Shown here: positions 52,596-64,000 of the stretch, piece after piece
Numbering within the stretch: the stretch's first letter is position 1
Layout: each line of letters begins with the position of its first letter
Assembly (NCBI RefSeq): GCF_006345805.1
Contig: NC_043021.1
Coordinates: forward strand, 682,001-746,000
Direction: 5' to 3'
Length of the DNA: 64,000 bases
DNA from: Octopus sinensis
Lineage: Eukaryota
The notes under the pieces: generated by a model
Told to the model about the DNA's origin: nothing
Databases searched by the model: none
Seen by the model: the letters and a program-made list of their open reading frames with translations, nothing else
Program-made: the position numbers and the translations under genes

Positions 52596-52865
52596 ATGGA
52601 AAATATGCGTAGATCATTCCGAGCCACAAGACGAAGCCGTCGGTACCTCTCTCTCCGTGACAAGGAAAACCGTTTATTGGCAACCCCGGAATATGTGAAG
52701 AAAAGACCCGAGATCGAAGACCGGATCGATGAAGAATGTCCACAATGTACCCAGGCTGAAAACGAAAGCAGAGCCAGGAATGGTCCCACTGGTGGTAATT
52801 GCCAATTTAGTCGAAGTGCCAGTGTCAGAAAGACCGTCATTGATGCTGTTGGGACACTAAAAAGG
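52596..52865 (+). CDS. Unnamed gene, exon 1 (90 codons)
   Basis: ATG in aaacATGg context, donor AGG|gtgagt; within supplied ORF 52596..52889. Confidence 0.87.
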
Positions 52866-55800
52866 GTGAGTGACCTTTTATTTTTTTAAATATTATGTCT
52901 TATATGGAAACGTGGCTTTTTCAAAATTATCTTTATTTTATTTTAAGAGAGACTAATGTGTGTTTGCGAATGAAAATAAATCGTTAAATTATGTTGATTC
53001 ATTTGCTAACTTTCGTAGTTTCCGCAACATCGGTTCCTGGGACAATATAAACTGGATCCACTTTAGATGTCTATCCGAGAAACAGGGGTAGACATAGAAC
53101 TGCCAAAACAAGTCATTATAGTATCGGGTGGATAACGGAAGAAAGAATCAATAGTCTTTCGAACAATTGTCCGGTTGGGTTAAATATATATCGCGAGTTT
53201 TGATCTTTGTTTTAATTGTTAATATCAGACCCTTTACGTGTATCACAACATTAAAAGAATCCATATATATATGGAAAATATATTTTAGATGAATATAAAT
53301 GTTAAAATATTGTTTTAAATATTTTGTCTTTCATTTTAAAACAAAACCGTTTAACTCCCGAATATACCCCTATTACGTGTGTATATATTGATTATACTAG
53401 TATTACGTATCTTTGTGCCGAATATATCCATCCCTGTTACCTAAATCGTTTATTGGTGGAATTGTTGAAAGGCTGTGGGAATTATTCCGTCAGACGGAAT
53501 TTTTACTTGAAGATTGTGCGAGTGTCTGTGTGTGGGTGTTCCTAAAGAATAGAGTCGGAAATTATTTAGTGCACCCCAAGTAATTTCGGTAAATTATTTA
53601 AAAAATTACCGTAATTTCTTCGGATGTGTAGGTTTTAAGCAGCGTAGATTATAAATTCTTCAAAAATATGCGTTACATTTTTAGAACAAATCTTGTTTTT
53701 GAAAAATATCAAAACTGAAAAATTATGGATGTGTTTTGGGACATATACACACCTCCTAGTCATTCTCCACTTTCAGAGCCCTAATCTTTGGTGCTTAAAA
53801 CCTACGCAAAAAAAAAAAAAAAAAAATGAAAAAAGGTTTTTGGCACGCCAAATAATTTCCGACTCTATTGTACAGGAACTACACACACCACTCTTTAATG
53901 ACAAATATTAATATTTGTCATTCCATTAACTGCCAGAACATTCTTTAATTCTACTATGATCCCACTGACTACACTGTCCTGAGGTTTTCTTTTTGAGAAA
54001 ATAGATGAGGTAGACCTGTTCCCTCTACTCAAAGTTGATTCCAACAGACCAGCTATGACAGAATCGATATTATTTCGATACAGACTTTGTCTAATTTCCT
54101 GGACATTACCAATTTAGGGCAGAAGGGATTCCCAGGAGACACTTTTTCTAGTTGAGTTTGTTTATGGAAACCGTCAAATGTCTGTTACATGGTTTATCAG
54201 GGAACACAAACGGAGCTGAGACTGTTAATAATTGCCTTGCTGTTGGAATTCTCTCGCTACTTTACTCTGAGAGAGAGAGAGACATGTCTTGTATCATGTT
54301 ACACATACATTCCAGTGTTATCAAATATTTCTTATCGTCGTCTGTCGCAGCCAAGCATCTCTTGGCTACTGTTTCAGAGAGAGTTTGAAAACGTTCTGCT
54401 TGTCCTGTCCAACCGTCTCGAAGCTACTGTCTTAGAAGTGGAACATGGAATAGGCGCGAATGAATGGGAAGAAATTTGCTTCCCGAAACCACATAGGTTC
54501 TGGGATCAGTTCCATTGCGCGGCGGCACCTCGGGCTAGTGTCTTCTAATACAACCTTCAGTCTACCAAGGTTATATTAAGTGAGTGGGTTTGGAGGGCGG
54601 AAACTGAAAGAAGCCCGTCACACACACACACACACACAACACACTCACACAGACGTGCATGTGTGTGTGTCAACTCTTGACAACCGGTGTTGGTGTGTTT
54701 ACGCCGCCGTAACTTAGCGGTTTGGCCAAATAGACCGATAGAATAAGTACCAAGATAAAAAAAAAAGAACAAGTCCTCGAGTCGAGTCATTCGATTAAAA
54801 CATTTTCAAGGCAGTGCCCCAGTATGGCTGCAGTCTAATGAGTGAAACAAGTGCAAGATAAAGGGATGTGTCCTGCCTTACCCCCACCAACCCCTGGCTA
54901 CTGGCATTGGTGTAGCTCGAACTCCTGTCCTGCCAGTTGTGGTTTGTTTCACACGAGGCCAGATCGTCGCTGTTTGAAATCGGTGACAAGGATTCTCATT
55001 GGTTGCTTACATTTCTACTGTGTGGTGGTGGTGGTGGCGGCGGCGGCGATGGGTGCGGCTGTAATGTTGGGGTTGATGAAGATAACAATTTGCGGTAGTT
55101 GTGGAGATAATAGGCCTCAGTGGGATGGTAGCATTGTGTAGGGGGGTGGGGTGGGGGTGGTTCCATGGCTATTATATTTGGTCTTTGTGTGTGTGATTAT
55201 ACAGCTATTACAGTTATGTATGAGTGTGTGAAAGCGTGTGTGATAATACAGCTGAGGTATTTTGTGTGTGTGTGTGTGTGTTTAGTCAGCCTCTCCCACC
55301 CTCCGTGTCTATGGACTTCTTTAAAGGACGGGAACCTGATATCTTAGGAATGTACGTGATTATATGAGGGAATGTGTGTGTGTGTGTGTGTGAAAGAGAG
55401 AGCAGAGATTAGTATCTGTGTGTTTATGGTGTCAGTTGGATGTAGAACCGTTTGTAATGGTGGTGGTGGTGGTGGTGGTGGTGGTGATGCAGAGTTGGGG
55501 TGGTGGTGGCAGATCACCCCAGTTGAACACCATCTTCCTCATCTTCATGTTGGCCAATACCAGTAATGGTAGGTGGTGGGGCTGTCAAGGGGGGAGGGGG
55601 GCATTTGACTCCACCTCCTCCTTACCAAACCAGTGGTTCTCAACCATTTTCTTTTACCTCTGGGTCCTTTCCATTTACTGTTTCACTCTGGTGGACCCCC
55701 CCCCCCATAGTTTTATAAATCCTTCTTTCAAGATTTCTCTTTGGGGTTTTTTTTCAAACCTTAACTTGTGCAAGTTGGACTGTGTAAAATGCTAGAAACA

Positions 55801-58119
55801 GAAGCTAAATTTGTTTCCTGCAATAAATACATCTAAATCAAAATTATTTTATGGACCCTTAATATACTACTGTGTGGATCCCTAAAAATCTTATATGGAC
55901 CCTTGTTGAGAACCGCTGTACCAAAATGACCATCTGTGATCACTATTTAAGGATCAACGGTTGGCACCTAATTCTTACCACTTCAAGACATTTTGGAATA
56001 TTTTTACTGCCAATTTGGTTTGTTGTTTCGTTAGGTGAGCAATGATCCCACAGGCCTATGATCAAAAGTGTTCCAGTCGTGACCACCTCATCTTTTATTC
56101 TGACCAAGTGTATTTAGGATTACATTATCTAATGTACAGTATTGTAACTCATATAGTTGGTGTTGGTAGTGATTATCTTAAAGGACATGTGTATCTAGGA
56201 ATACCTTATCTAATGTGTCCATCTGTTTTCGTTTTTCTTTTTAGAACAGTAAGGTGTAATTTGAGGGAGATGTGACTGTCATATCTAGCACATTAATCAG
56301 CCATGTGGAGGCTCAAATGTTGAGTCAGGGTTTAAATGATGCAAGGAAATATTGCAGTGTTGTGTGCAGCTAGCTCTAGCCAACCCCTGTCACAGTCTTG
56401 ATTTGACACAGCTGAAATCACAGTATATTACTGGTACTGAACTTGATGTAAGAAATATTCAGTTATGACAGCACATGGTGATTAAAGCTGTACTTTTCAG
56501 CCAATATCCTTATGACCCCCTGGGAGTCCATATCAGATTTTGGAGGGGTCCATACTAGTAAAATAGTAAACATGGGGTTTACAGTAATATTTCAACTCGT
56601 TAACTGTCTCAGCCTTTTACTGGGAACTTATCCGGGATGCCTCATATTTCTGATCACATTGCATGCTGTTTAATAAATACAAAGAAATCATCATCATCAT
56701 CATCATCATTTAGCGTCCGCTTTCCATGCTAGCATGGGTTGGACGGTTCAACTGGGGTCTGGGAAGCCAGAAGGCTGCACCAGGCCCAGTCTGATCTGGC
56801 AGTGTTTCTACGGCTGGATGCCCTTCATAACGCCTACCATTCCATGAGTGTAGTGGGTGCTTTTTACGTGCCACCCGCACAGGTGCCAGACGGGGCTGGC
56901 AAACGGCCACGGACGGATGGTGCTTTTTACGTGCCACCTGCACGGAGGCCAGTCAGGGCGGCGCTGGCAATGGACACGGTCGGGTGGTGCTTTTTACGTG
57001 CATTCTTACAATGTTTCATAATTAAATTTTAATATTTAGCATTCATGTTATTTAAATATCCTTGAAACCATGTTGAAGATCCAAAATAAAATATCTTCTC
57101 AAGTTATGAAATGTACCACTGGTGGTGCATGTGGCTGTCCATTTTAAGTTTGTGAAGAACCACCGGTGGTGGTCGTGGTGTAATGGCAGTAGAGATGATG
57201 ATGATGATGATGATGGTGTTGATGGCAGTGGTTGTAACTGTAATGGTTTTGTTTTTATGTTTTTCAGAAAATCTCTTCCACTGCTCAACTGATGAGTCAA
57301 GGAAGCATGGCAGATATCGGCAGGCGCCGATCCTTGAGAATTGCTTCTCGGACTCCACCACGCTGCACGCATGGAATTAATTCCGTCTATTCCCCTTTCA
57401 GTTTTGAAACCCCAGAGAAGCGCAAAGCAGAACGCAAATGGTGAGGACTTTATCAGACTTGGTATTTTTTAATGAAGACCACCCTTCCTGGATGTCTTCA
57501 ACTCCTGGCATTTTTATAATAACTTCTTTTATGCCTGGTTCCAATTAGATTGGGCTAAACCATGTTGTTTACCCCCAGACTAAATGTGGCACAGTTAGCC
57601 TTAAAAGTGTCCCTTGTTAGACCTAAAACACGTTAGACCTAATGTATATCATCCCCTTAAAAAGTATCTACTACTTGGGAGACATTACTTGAATTTGCTC
57701 ACAACCTTAATTATGGGACCCTGTCTCCCTTTTTAAGTCAGTCTAAAAAGATTGTAGACATTGTCTGTTTTTAGAAGAATAAGGAAAAAAGTGAAAATAC
57801 AGATTTAGTATTATTTTTCCCCGGTTAAAATGGGTTGTCCCTGTCTGTAACAGGTGTCCCTTTATCTTACCTGGCTGTCTGACTTGATCTGATCAGCTGC
57901 TCACTGAGCAAAGTAGGGTTTATATACAAATATGGCACAGGTGTGACAGTGTGTTAAGAAGTTTGCTTCCCAACCACATGGTTCTGGGTTCAGTCCCACA
58001 GCATGGCACCTTGGGCAAGTGTCCTCTACTGTAGCCTCGGGCTGACCAAAGCCTTGTGAGTGGATTTGGTAGACGGAGACCGAAAGAAGCCCATCATATA
58101 CGCACACACACACACACAC

Positions 58120-58154
<35 letters not shown>

Positions 58155-58367
58155 TTTGTGTCTGTGTTTGTCTCCCTTCAACACTTGACAACTGGTGCTG
58201 GTGTGTTTATGTTCCCATAATCTAGCAGTTCAGCAAAAGAGACTGACAGAATAAATATCAGGCTTCTAAAAAGTAAGCACTGGGATTGATACATTCAGCT
58301 GAAAATTTTTCCAGGTGGTGCTCCAGCATTGCCGCAATCTAGTGACTGAAACAAGTAAAAGATAAAA

Positions 58368-58403
<36 letters not shown>

Positions 58404-59292
58404 TAATTTAACGTCTCCCTTCCATGCTGGTTTGGTTTCTGTGACTGGGAAGACTTCCTGCTCCCAGCCATTTTGCAGAAGGTTCTGGGTACTTGTTTCT
58501 GTGACTCTTGTGAAGTCACGAAATAACTGACAGGACAAAGGAACAGATTGCAGTAAAGTGTGGGGTGGCACCATACCCTGTGCTGAGGGGCTGAACTGTG
58601 ATAGCGGGACAGGTACCTTGCTATAGAGGAGGTACATGGCTACCCTTATGTATAGGGTGGGTGGGAGTAGCTTGGAAGAAGGTAGTGATAAGGTGCCAGA
58701 GTGAATTTTCAGGGTACAAAAAGAGAGAATATAGACTGAGTATCATGAAGGGTGGATTGATGAACCATTGCTCTAAACAAACTGACCAATGAAAAGTAGA
58801 AACACACACACACACACAGGCAAGTCCAGTGCTTTAGTCATTAAATTACCGTTCCCATTTTTCTGTTTTTCTAGGTGTGATATCGAAACGCCAACCAAAC
58901 TGCGTCGTGAAGTGGAAGCATTGACTTCTGACATGCAAGCTTTGGCATCTCTGACACCCAATACTCTGCGCAGTCGGGCATCTGCACGGTGAGGCTGCAT
59001 CTTGGCTTTTGTTTTCTTTCTTTTCCTGACGTGGTTTTCTATGTATTTGCTGTATGCATTTGTGTGTTTGTGTATATATATATATTTATAGGTTTGCACA
59101 TTTGTATAAATATATTTAATATATATACACACGGTAGTCCCCCCGGTATTTGTGGAGATTACGTTCCTAGAGCACCCGTGAATAGTGAAAAACCGTGAAT
59201 AATGGACGTGGTCCTTAAAAATGCCCATAAATGTCAAAATATAACGTAAAATTATATATCTGTATATATATATATATATATATAAATATATG

Positions 59293-59334
<42 letters not shown>

Positions 59335-60183
59335 CACTTCCAGTGTGAGCAAAAGTGTGCATGCACTGCTATATGTATATATAAATATATAACAAAAACG
59401 CAATAGAGGACAATAAAACATCTGGACAGATATAAGATACAAAGGTGGACACGAAAACAACAAGGTCGGGTCATTTGTGGCCTCCTCTCCTTGTCCTTAC
59501 AGTTTCGGGCAGTTACACTTGAAACTGTTCAAATCTGGTTGTCCCCAAAAGGTCTCAGCTTAGAGCATTCGATCTTTTGTGAGAAAGCAAGCGAATGTGT
59601 TGGACAACAAAGACAAAAAATAAAACGGAGAACGTGTTACACAATTACAAATACAAACAAGAAAATAACAACAGGTGTCTTTTGACTAATAAAGGGGAAA
59701 CAAATGGAGCTGGCATGGGGGGAAATGTATATATGCTCTTTCCATTGGTGGGGATTCATTCAACTACTTTTCAACAGACTCTTGAAAAAGACGGACCTTC
59801 GCTTTACTGTTTAGTATACGTTACTTCTCTGTCTCTTCTTGAGATTTTGTAACTATATATATGTACACACACACACACATATTTGTGTTGATGAGTGTAT
59901 TTGCGAGTGTAAATATATATTTGTGTGTCCTTGCATATCTCACTAATTTGTCAGCAACAAAATATCTTTTAAAGCTAAACACAAGATTCAAACGATCTCA
60001 ATTAAACAAACTTAGAAAAGTCTACCAAATTCTTTCTCAATGCTTTCCTTGTTGTTGCTTCTTTTTTTTCTAATTTTGGCTGATTCTTGTTTCTTTTTTC
60101 TCTTTTTTTTTCCTTCTTCTTCAAACAGGAAAAAGTCTCCAAGAAGACTCAACCAGGCCAAGAAATTCCAGACGGTGGTGTGA
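52596..60183 (+). CDS. Unnamed 4-exon gene, 612 nt, 203 aa; basic, largely low-complexity, putative cell-cycle protein (weak PIMREG/FAM64A-like impression only)
   Basis: Exons 52596-52865, 57268-57440, 58875-58988, 60129-60183 splice GT-AG with phases 0/2/2 into one ORF: MENMRRSFRATRRSRRYLSLRDKENRLLATPEY...RSASVRKTVIDAVGTLKR|KISSTAQL...GRRRSLRIASRTPPR...SPFSFETPEKRKAERKW|CDIETPTKLRREVEALTSDMQALASLTPNTLRSRASAR|KKSPRRLNQAKKFQTVV*. Confidence 0.85.
55631..55918. mobile_element. hAT-type MITE in intron 1 of the unnamed gene
   Basis: TIRs CAGTGGTTCTCAAC / GTTGAGAACCGCTG; 8-bp flanks TACCAAAC / TACCAAAA (7 of 8 identical, TSD-like). Confidence 0.88.
56689..57000 (-). mobile_element. LINE-tail/SINE family B with (GAT)n tail (CCAACCCATGCTAGCATGGAAAGCGGACG)
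   Basis: More than 10 related copies (e.g. 4677-4810, 8180-8310, 14300-14505, 17150-17320, 20760-20930, 23380-23570, 28890-29110). Boundaries approximate. Confidence 0.8.
57268..57440 (+). CDS. Unnamed gene, exon 2
   Basis: Acceptor gtttttcag, donor gtgagg, 173 nt open in phase 0 to 2. Confidence 0.85.
57933..58370 (+). mobile_element. SINE family A copy in intron 2 of the unnamed gene
   Basis: Aligns by eye to 3864-4262. Confidence 0.82.
58875..58988 (+). CDS. Unnamed gene, exon 3
   Basis: Acceptor tttttctag, donor gtgagg, 114 nt, phase 2-2; within supplied ORF 58789..58992. Confidence 0.85.
60129..60183 (+). CDS. Unnamed gene, terminal coding exon 4
   Basis: Long polypyrimidine tract plus aaacag acceptor; R-KKSPRRLNQAKKFQTVV-TGA. 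Confidence 0.78.
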
Positions 60184-60284
60184 AGTTCTCTCCCTTAGAC
60201 CAGTCATTACTTGTTACTGCTTTTCTTTTTCTCATTTATCTTTATAGTTGCCATGGAGAGATAGAGATTGAGTGTGCTTTCCTC

Positions 60285-60425
60285 TGAGTTACTCAAGTTG
60301 AGTATAACCTGTTTTGAGTTACTCAGATTGAATTTGTTATACTTTGAGTCACTCCAGTTCAGCATAATGCGCTATGGGTCACTCAGGATGAGTGTGATAT
60401 GTTGAGTCCCTCAAGATGAGTGAAA
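60285..60425. repeat. 30-bp degenerate tandem repeat, 5 copies, each beginning with a TGAGTNACTCA-type palindrome
   Basis: Unit starts at 60285, 60315, 60345, 60375, 60403. Confidence 0.85.
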
Positions 60426-61273
60426 GCTTTTTATGAAAAAACGGAGACAAAGTTGGGTTTTCTCTCTGTTTTTGATATTTTTGTAAAAATTTGGTTGACG
60501 TGAATGGAAGACTGAGTTATGCCTGTTGCTTATATAACCATGCTCCCTAAATACACACAGACTATATACATATATACACATACTTGCATCCACACTATAT
60601 ATATATATATATATATACATACATACATACACACTACACACACCACACACACATATATATACATACACACATACATATTTACTGTATATGCATATGTATG
60701 TTTATCTATCCATATAGATATATATAAAACGTTATATATTAAGTATATATAATTTGATATTCTAAATTTGGAATCAATATTGTTTTATAATTTCCCCCTG
60801 TATTTTGGGGGATCATGTATTCTAGATAACTCCAAACTGATCCCTATTTCCTCAGTCTTGCTTTTTTTGCTCCAGATTGACCCCTGTCTCCCCAGGCTGA
60901 CCTCTCTCTCTCACCAAATTAACCCCTGTCAAAATAATTGACTTTTTCAAATTTTTTTTTTTAAATTGTTTTTTATATTTGTCTTTGTAATATATTTGGT
61001 TGTGATGGTCACTTTTGGTGACATGTTTTTAGTATATTCTGGTTCTGACTTGATTTAAGGTCAACCCTGAAATATTGTCATTGCTCAACTTATTAAATTA
61101 TTTTATTTTTCGCTTTCTTTTCGTTTTTATTCCTGTTTCCAGAAAGGATCGGAATAGGTAGGGTTAAATTTCTTGCCTAAGAACTAAATGTCTGCTATCC
61201 TTGGACTTCTGGGCTTTGTGAGCACTTTGCAGTCACTATTCTATCACCTCACTAACGTTTGAACCTTACGAGG

Positions 61274-61377
61274 CTGGCATTACACTGCCAGGACACTGGC
61301 ATTACACTGCCAACACACTGGCATTACACTGCCAACATGTTGGTGTTACACTGCCAACACACTGGCATTACACTGCC
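61274..61377. repeat. 22-bp tandem repeat, 5 copies (CTGGCATTACACTGCCAACACA)
   Basis: Direct reading; each unit is a TGGCA-6nt-TGCCA inverted repeat. Confidence 0.92.
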
Positions 61378-64000
61378 TTCATCTCAACACCATTTTCTAC
61401 CTTGCTGTCACCATAACCATTTCGTGGAAATTTATTCTTTACCAGGAATTCTTGTCTCTAAACTGATACTGTTGGTTATGACAATGAGTGTTCCAGATGA
61501 TCTGATTACTGGAACAGCTTGCTCTTGAAATTAAGGTGCAAATGGCTGAGTACTCCACAGATACATGTACCTTAATGTAGTTCTCTAGGAGATTCAATGT
61601 GATACAGAATGTGACAAGATTGGTTTGGTCCCTTTTGAATTACTGGTATGACTCATTTTTGCCCAATACACTGTTATTTTCTAAAGCACACCTGTAAACG
61701 TCCTCAGGTGGAATTATTGGTTAAGGCCATTTACTCCTCATGGATATTCTAGAATCTCTTTAGGGTAGATCTGGAGAATTAACAACCTCCTCATCTTATT
61801 GCTCCCTGCACCTGGTGAGATGTGGGTTGATATGTGTGTTGTTGGAGTTGTTTAATCTTAAGTCAGTTGTGACTGTTGAGTGATGAAATGTGAACATCAA
61901 AATTATTCCAGTTGTGGCGCTTCCATCAATTGGCTCCAAACATTTATGTGCCTTTCTGTTTTTCTTTTTCAGAGTGTAGGGAGTGATTCGAGGAAGATTT
62001 GGCTGCTATATCTCGTAGACTGAATAATCATGTGTGGGCTCCCTCAGTGTGTGTGTGTGTGTGTATGGTTGTTGAACCACAAATCAGACAATGTGCAGCA
62101 GACTTGTGGCTAGGCCTTTCCAGCTGTGACCATCCTGTCTTTGTGCAGATATTATCCCAGAGCCTTTTTCACTTCAGCCATGTTGTGAAAGGTCCCACAT
62201 CCACTGACCTGTTGACAGATGTGCTCTTCAGCAAGTGTCTCCTATTAAGGGCCTTGCTCTCTATTACCTGTCGACTCCTTAATCAGTTCAACATTAAATC
62301 AAACAGGTGAAAACTCTTCTATTGAGTTACTGTAAATTGGGGGGGGGAGGGAGACTTCTAGCTTCTTGATTATCATTTATCTTGCCTTACTCCCTTGTCT
62401 GTCCCCTTTTAGTTTTCTTATTGTCTGTGACAGTTTAATTCCACACTACTCTGGCTGGATCTGTCCTTGGTCTGTCAGCCGTTGTCAGCCCCAGGTGCTG
62501 GTGGCACCGAGCACAATGTAGCTTCATTTAGCTATGATCAGAATGACAATTGGTGGTGTGTGCTAGAAACGGTTAACAACAACCATGACCTTCCCTCTTT
62601 TGGAATCTGTTCTGGTTGGAATTTACTTTTCTGCTTCTTCTTAAATGTCTTTTACTCTCAAATGTTCTTCTTGTCTTTTCACTTGAAAACCAAGCTCATC
62701 CCTCCTTAGGCCTTGTCCCAGGAATTGGAGCATATACCTGGTCATACATTGATCAAATCTTTCTCTGACTCCCCTTTTCGGGTCCTCATGGAAGGCCTCC
62801 TCCACCTGTGTCACTTTTCAGAAATAACTTTGTTGAGAAAGGAATTTCTTTCTGTCTTCTTTTCCTTCACTTGCTTCTTTACATCCAACATTTTCAAAAG
62901 ACGGAAGATTCTTCTTGTTGTTGCTGCTGCTTAAACATTTCATTTTATTTTCTTTAATTCAAATTTATTTTCCCAACACCTCTCTCCTCCCCGTCTCTTC
63001 CATTCTGCAACTCGTTTCAACTTGAAACTCTCTCTCACTGGGTTTTTTTTTCTTAATCTTTTATCCAAAATAATCTCAGGCTGTGTTAATGTTATTGAGG
63101 CTGCTTCCTGCTCTTTCTGCGTTTGTCTGAGCCATAAATAACAAAAATGAATGATTAAAGACTAAAGATAGCTGACGATGTCTAAAGACTAAAGATGTCT
63201 TTGATGCTAAGCGATGAAGTGGATTCTGGAATAATCTGAAAGGATTTTGTTTGGAAAATTGAAAGAAAAAAAAAAAAGAAAAATTAATTTGGTGAATTAG
63301 TTATCACTTTGTGACAGACATCTGTTAGCTTAAACAATCAATAATAATAATAATAATGATGATGATGATGAAGTTCTCTCCACACAATGAATAGATACGT
63401 GTGTCCGTGTGTCCCCATATGCACACACTTTTTTTTTTACTCCTGGCCCCAACCTACTCCAATGTACCTGTTCATCTTTACATATCTGTCTTTTACCTTT
63501 TATTTTGGAAACTATTTTTGGCCCCTCCCCTCAAATATTTTCTTTCCTAAATTCTTGATCTTCCAATGTAAATAAATTATTTATTGATTTTTGCTTTTTA
63601 ATTGAAAACTTCCCAAATAACTTGAAATGCTTCTGCAAATGTTTTTATTTTATTTCTGAAAATTTAATCAAGTCGAAGTCCCTCAATAATTTCTCAACAT
63701 ATTCGGTAAAGAATACATTAATTAAAAAAAAAAATGATTAATTTCTAGCAATCACTCCTTGTTCTCATTGTAAACAGTTTTAACAATTTATGAAAACTGT
63801 GTTTGTTACCAGAAATATATTATTTTGTTTTATTTATTCCATGGCATTTGCTGTGCGGTGGTCACCACTGTGACCCCTTCCACCTGTTCATCATCACCAT
63901 CATCTTAACAGTGATTATCCCTCATTGGCATAAATTGGATGGCTCCACAGGGCCACTTTTCTCTCCCTGCATCAATCCTCTGTTCCTAAAGTATGTGTGA

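Noticed and set aside
59461-59530. GAAAC-T-GTA hammerhead-like 3' half on the minus strand
   Set aside because: No CTGANGA core or stem I partner upstream.
60285-60425. CRISPR-like repeat-spacer pattern
   Set aside because: Eukaryotic context, conserved core only about 11 bp, spacers partly similar to each other, no cas genes.
61274-61377. CAGTGT on the minus strand resembling an iron-responsive element loop
   Set aside because: The bases flanking CAGTGT do not form the required 5-bp stem with a bulged C.
62400-62940. Purine-rich minus-strand stretch resembling a charged coding exon
   Set aside because: All three minus frames hit stops within about 15-40 codons in the part I translated, and no consistent splice pair was found.

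Overview
AT-rich, microsatellite-saturated animal genomic DNA; the SINE/MITE repertoire and gene sequences suggest an octopus or other coleoid cephalopod (inference). Two spliced genes were assembled by hand from GT/AG junctions. (1) GOSR1 (Golgi SNARE GS28), minus strand, 8 coding exons, 22786-39607, 242 aa. (2) A divergently transcribed 4-exon gene, plus strand, 52596-60183, 203 aa, that I cannot name with confidence; it has a KEN box, seven S/T-P sites and an E2F-4nt-CHR (DREAM-type) promoter. The 13 kb between them is a transposon cluster: a CR1/Jockey-group LINE inside a ~2 kb (TATG)n array, a pogo-type transposase interrupted by a second LINE tail, and an RTE remnant. The most unusual structural signal is a set of local fold-back inverted duplications (7.5, 11.1, 25.3, 27.2, 36.2 kb) of unrelated sequences, three inside GOSR1 introns. 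The two arms of one of them carry complementary halves of a minimal type I hammerhead ribozyme. No bona fide tRNA, rRNA or CRISPR array was found, and most ORFs in the supplied track are microsatellite artefacts. No gene could be assembled in 1-22 kb or 60.2-64 kb.
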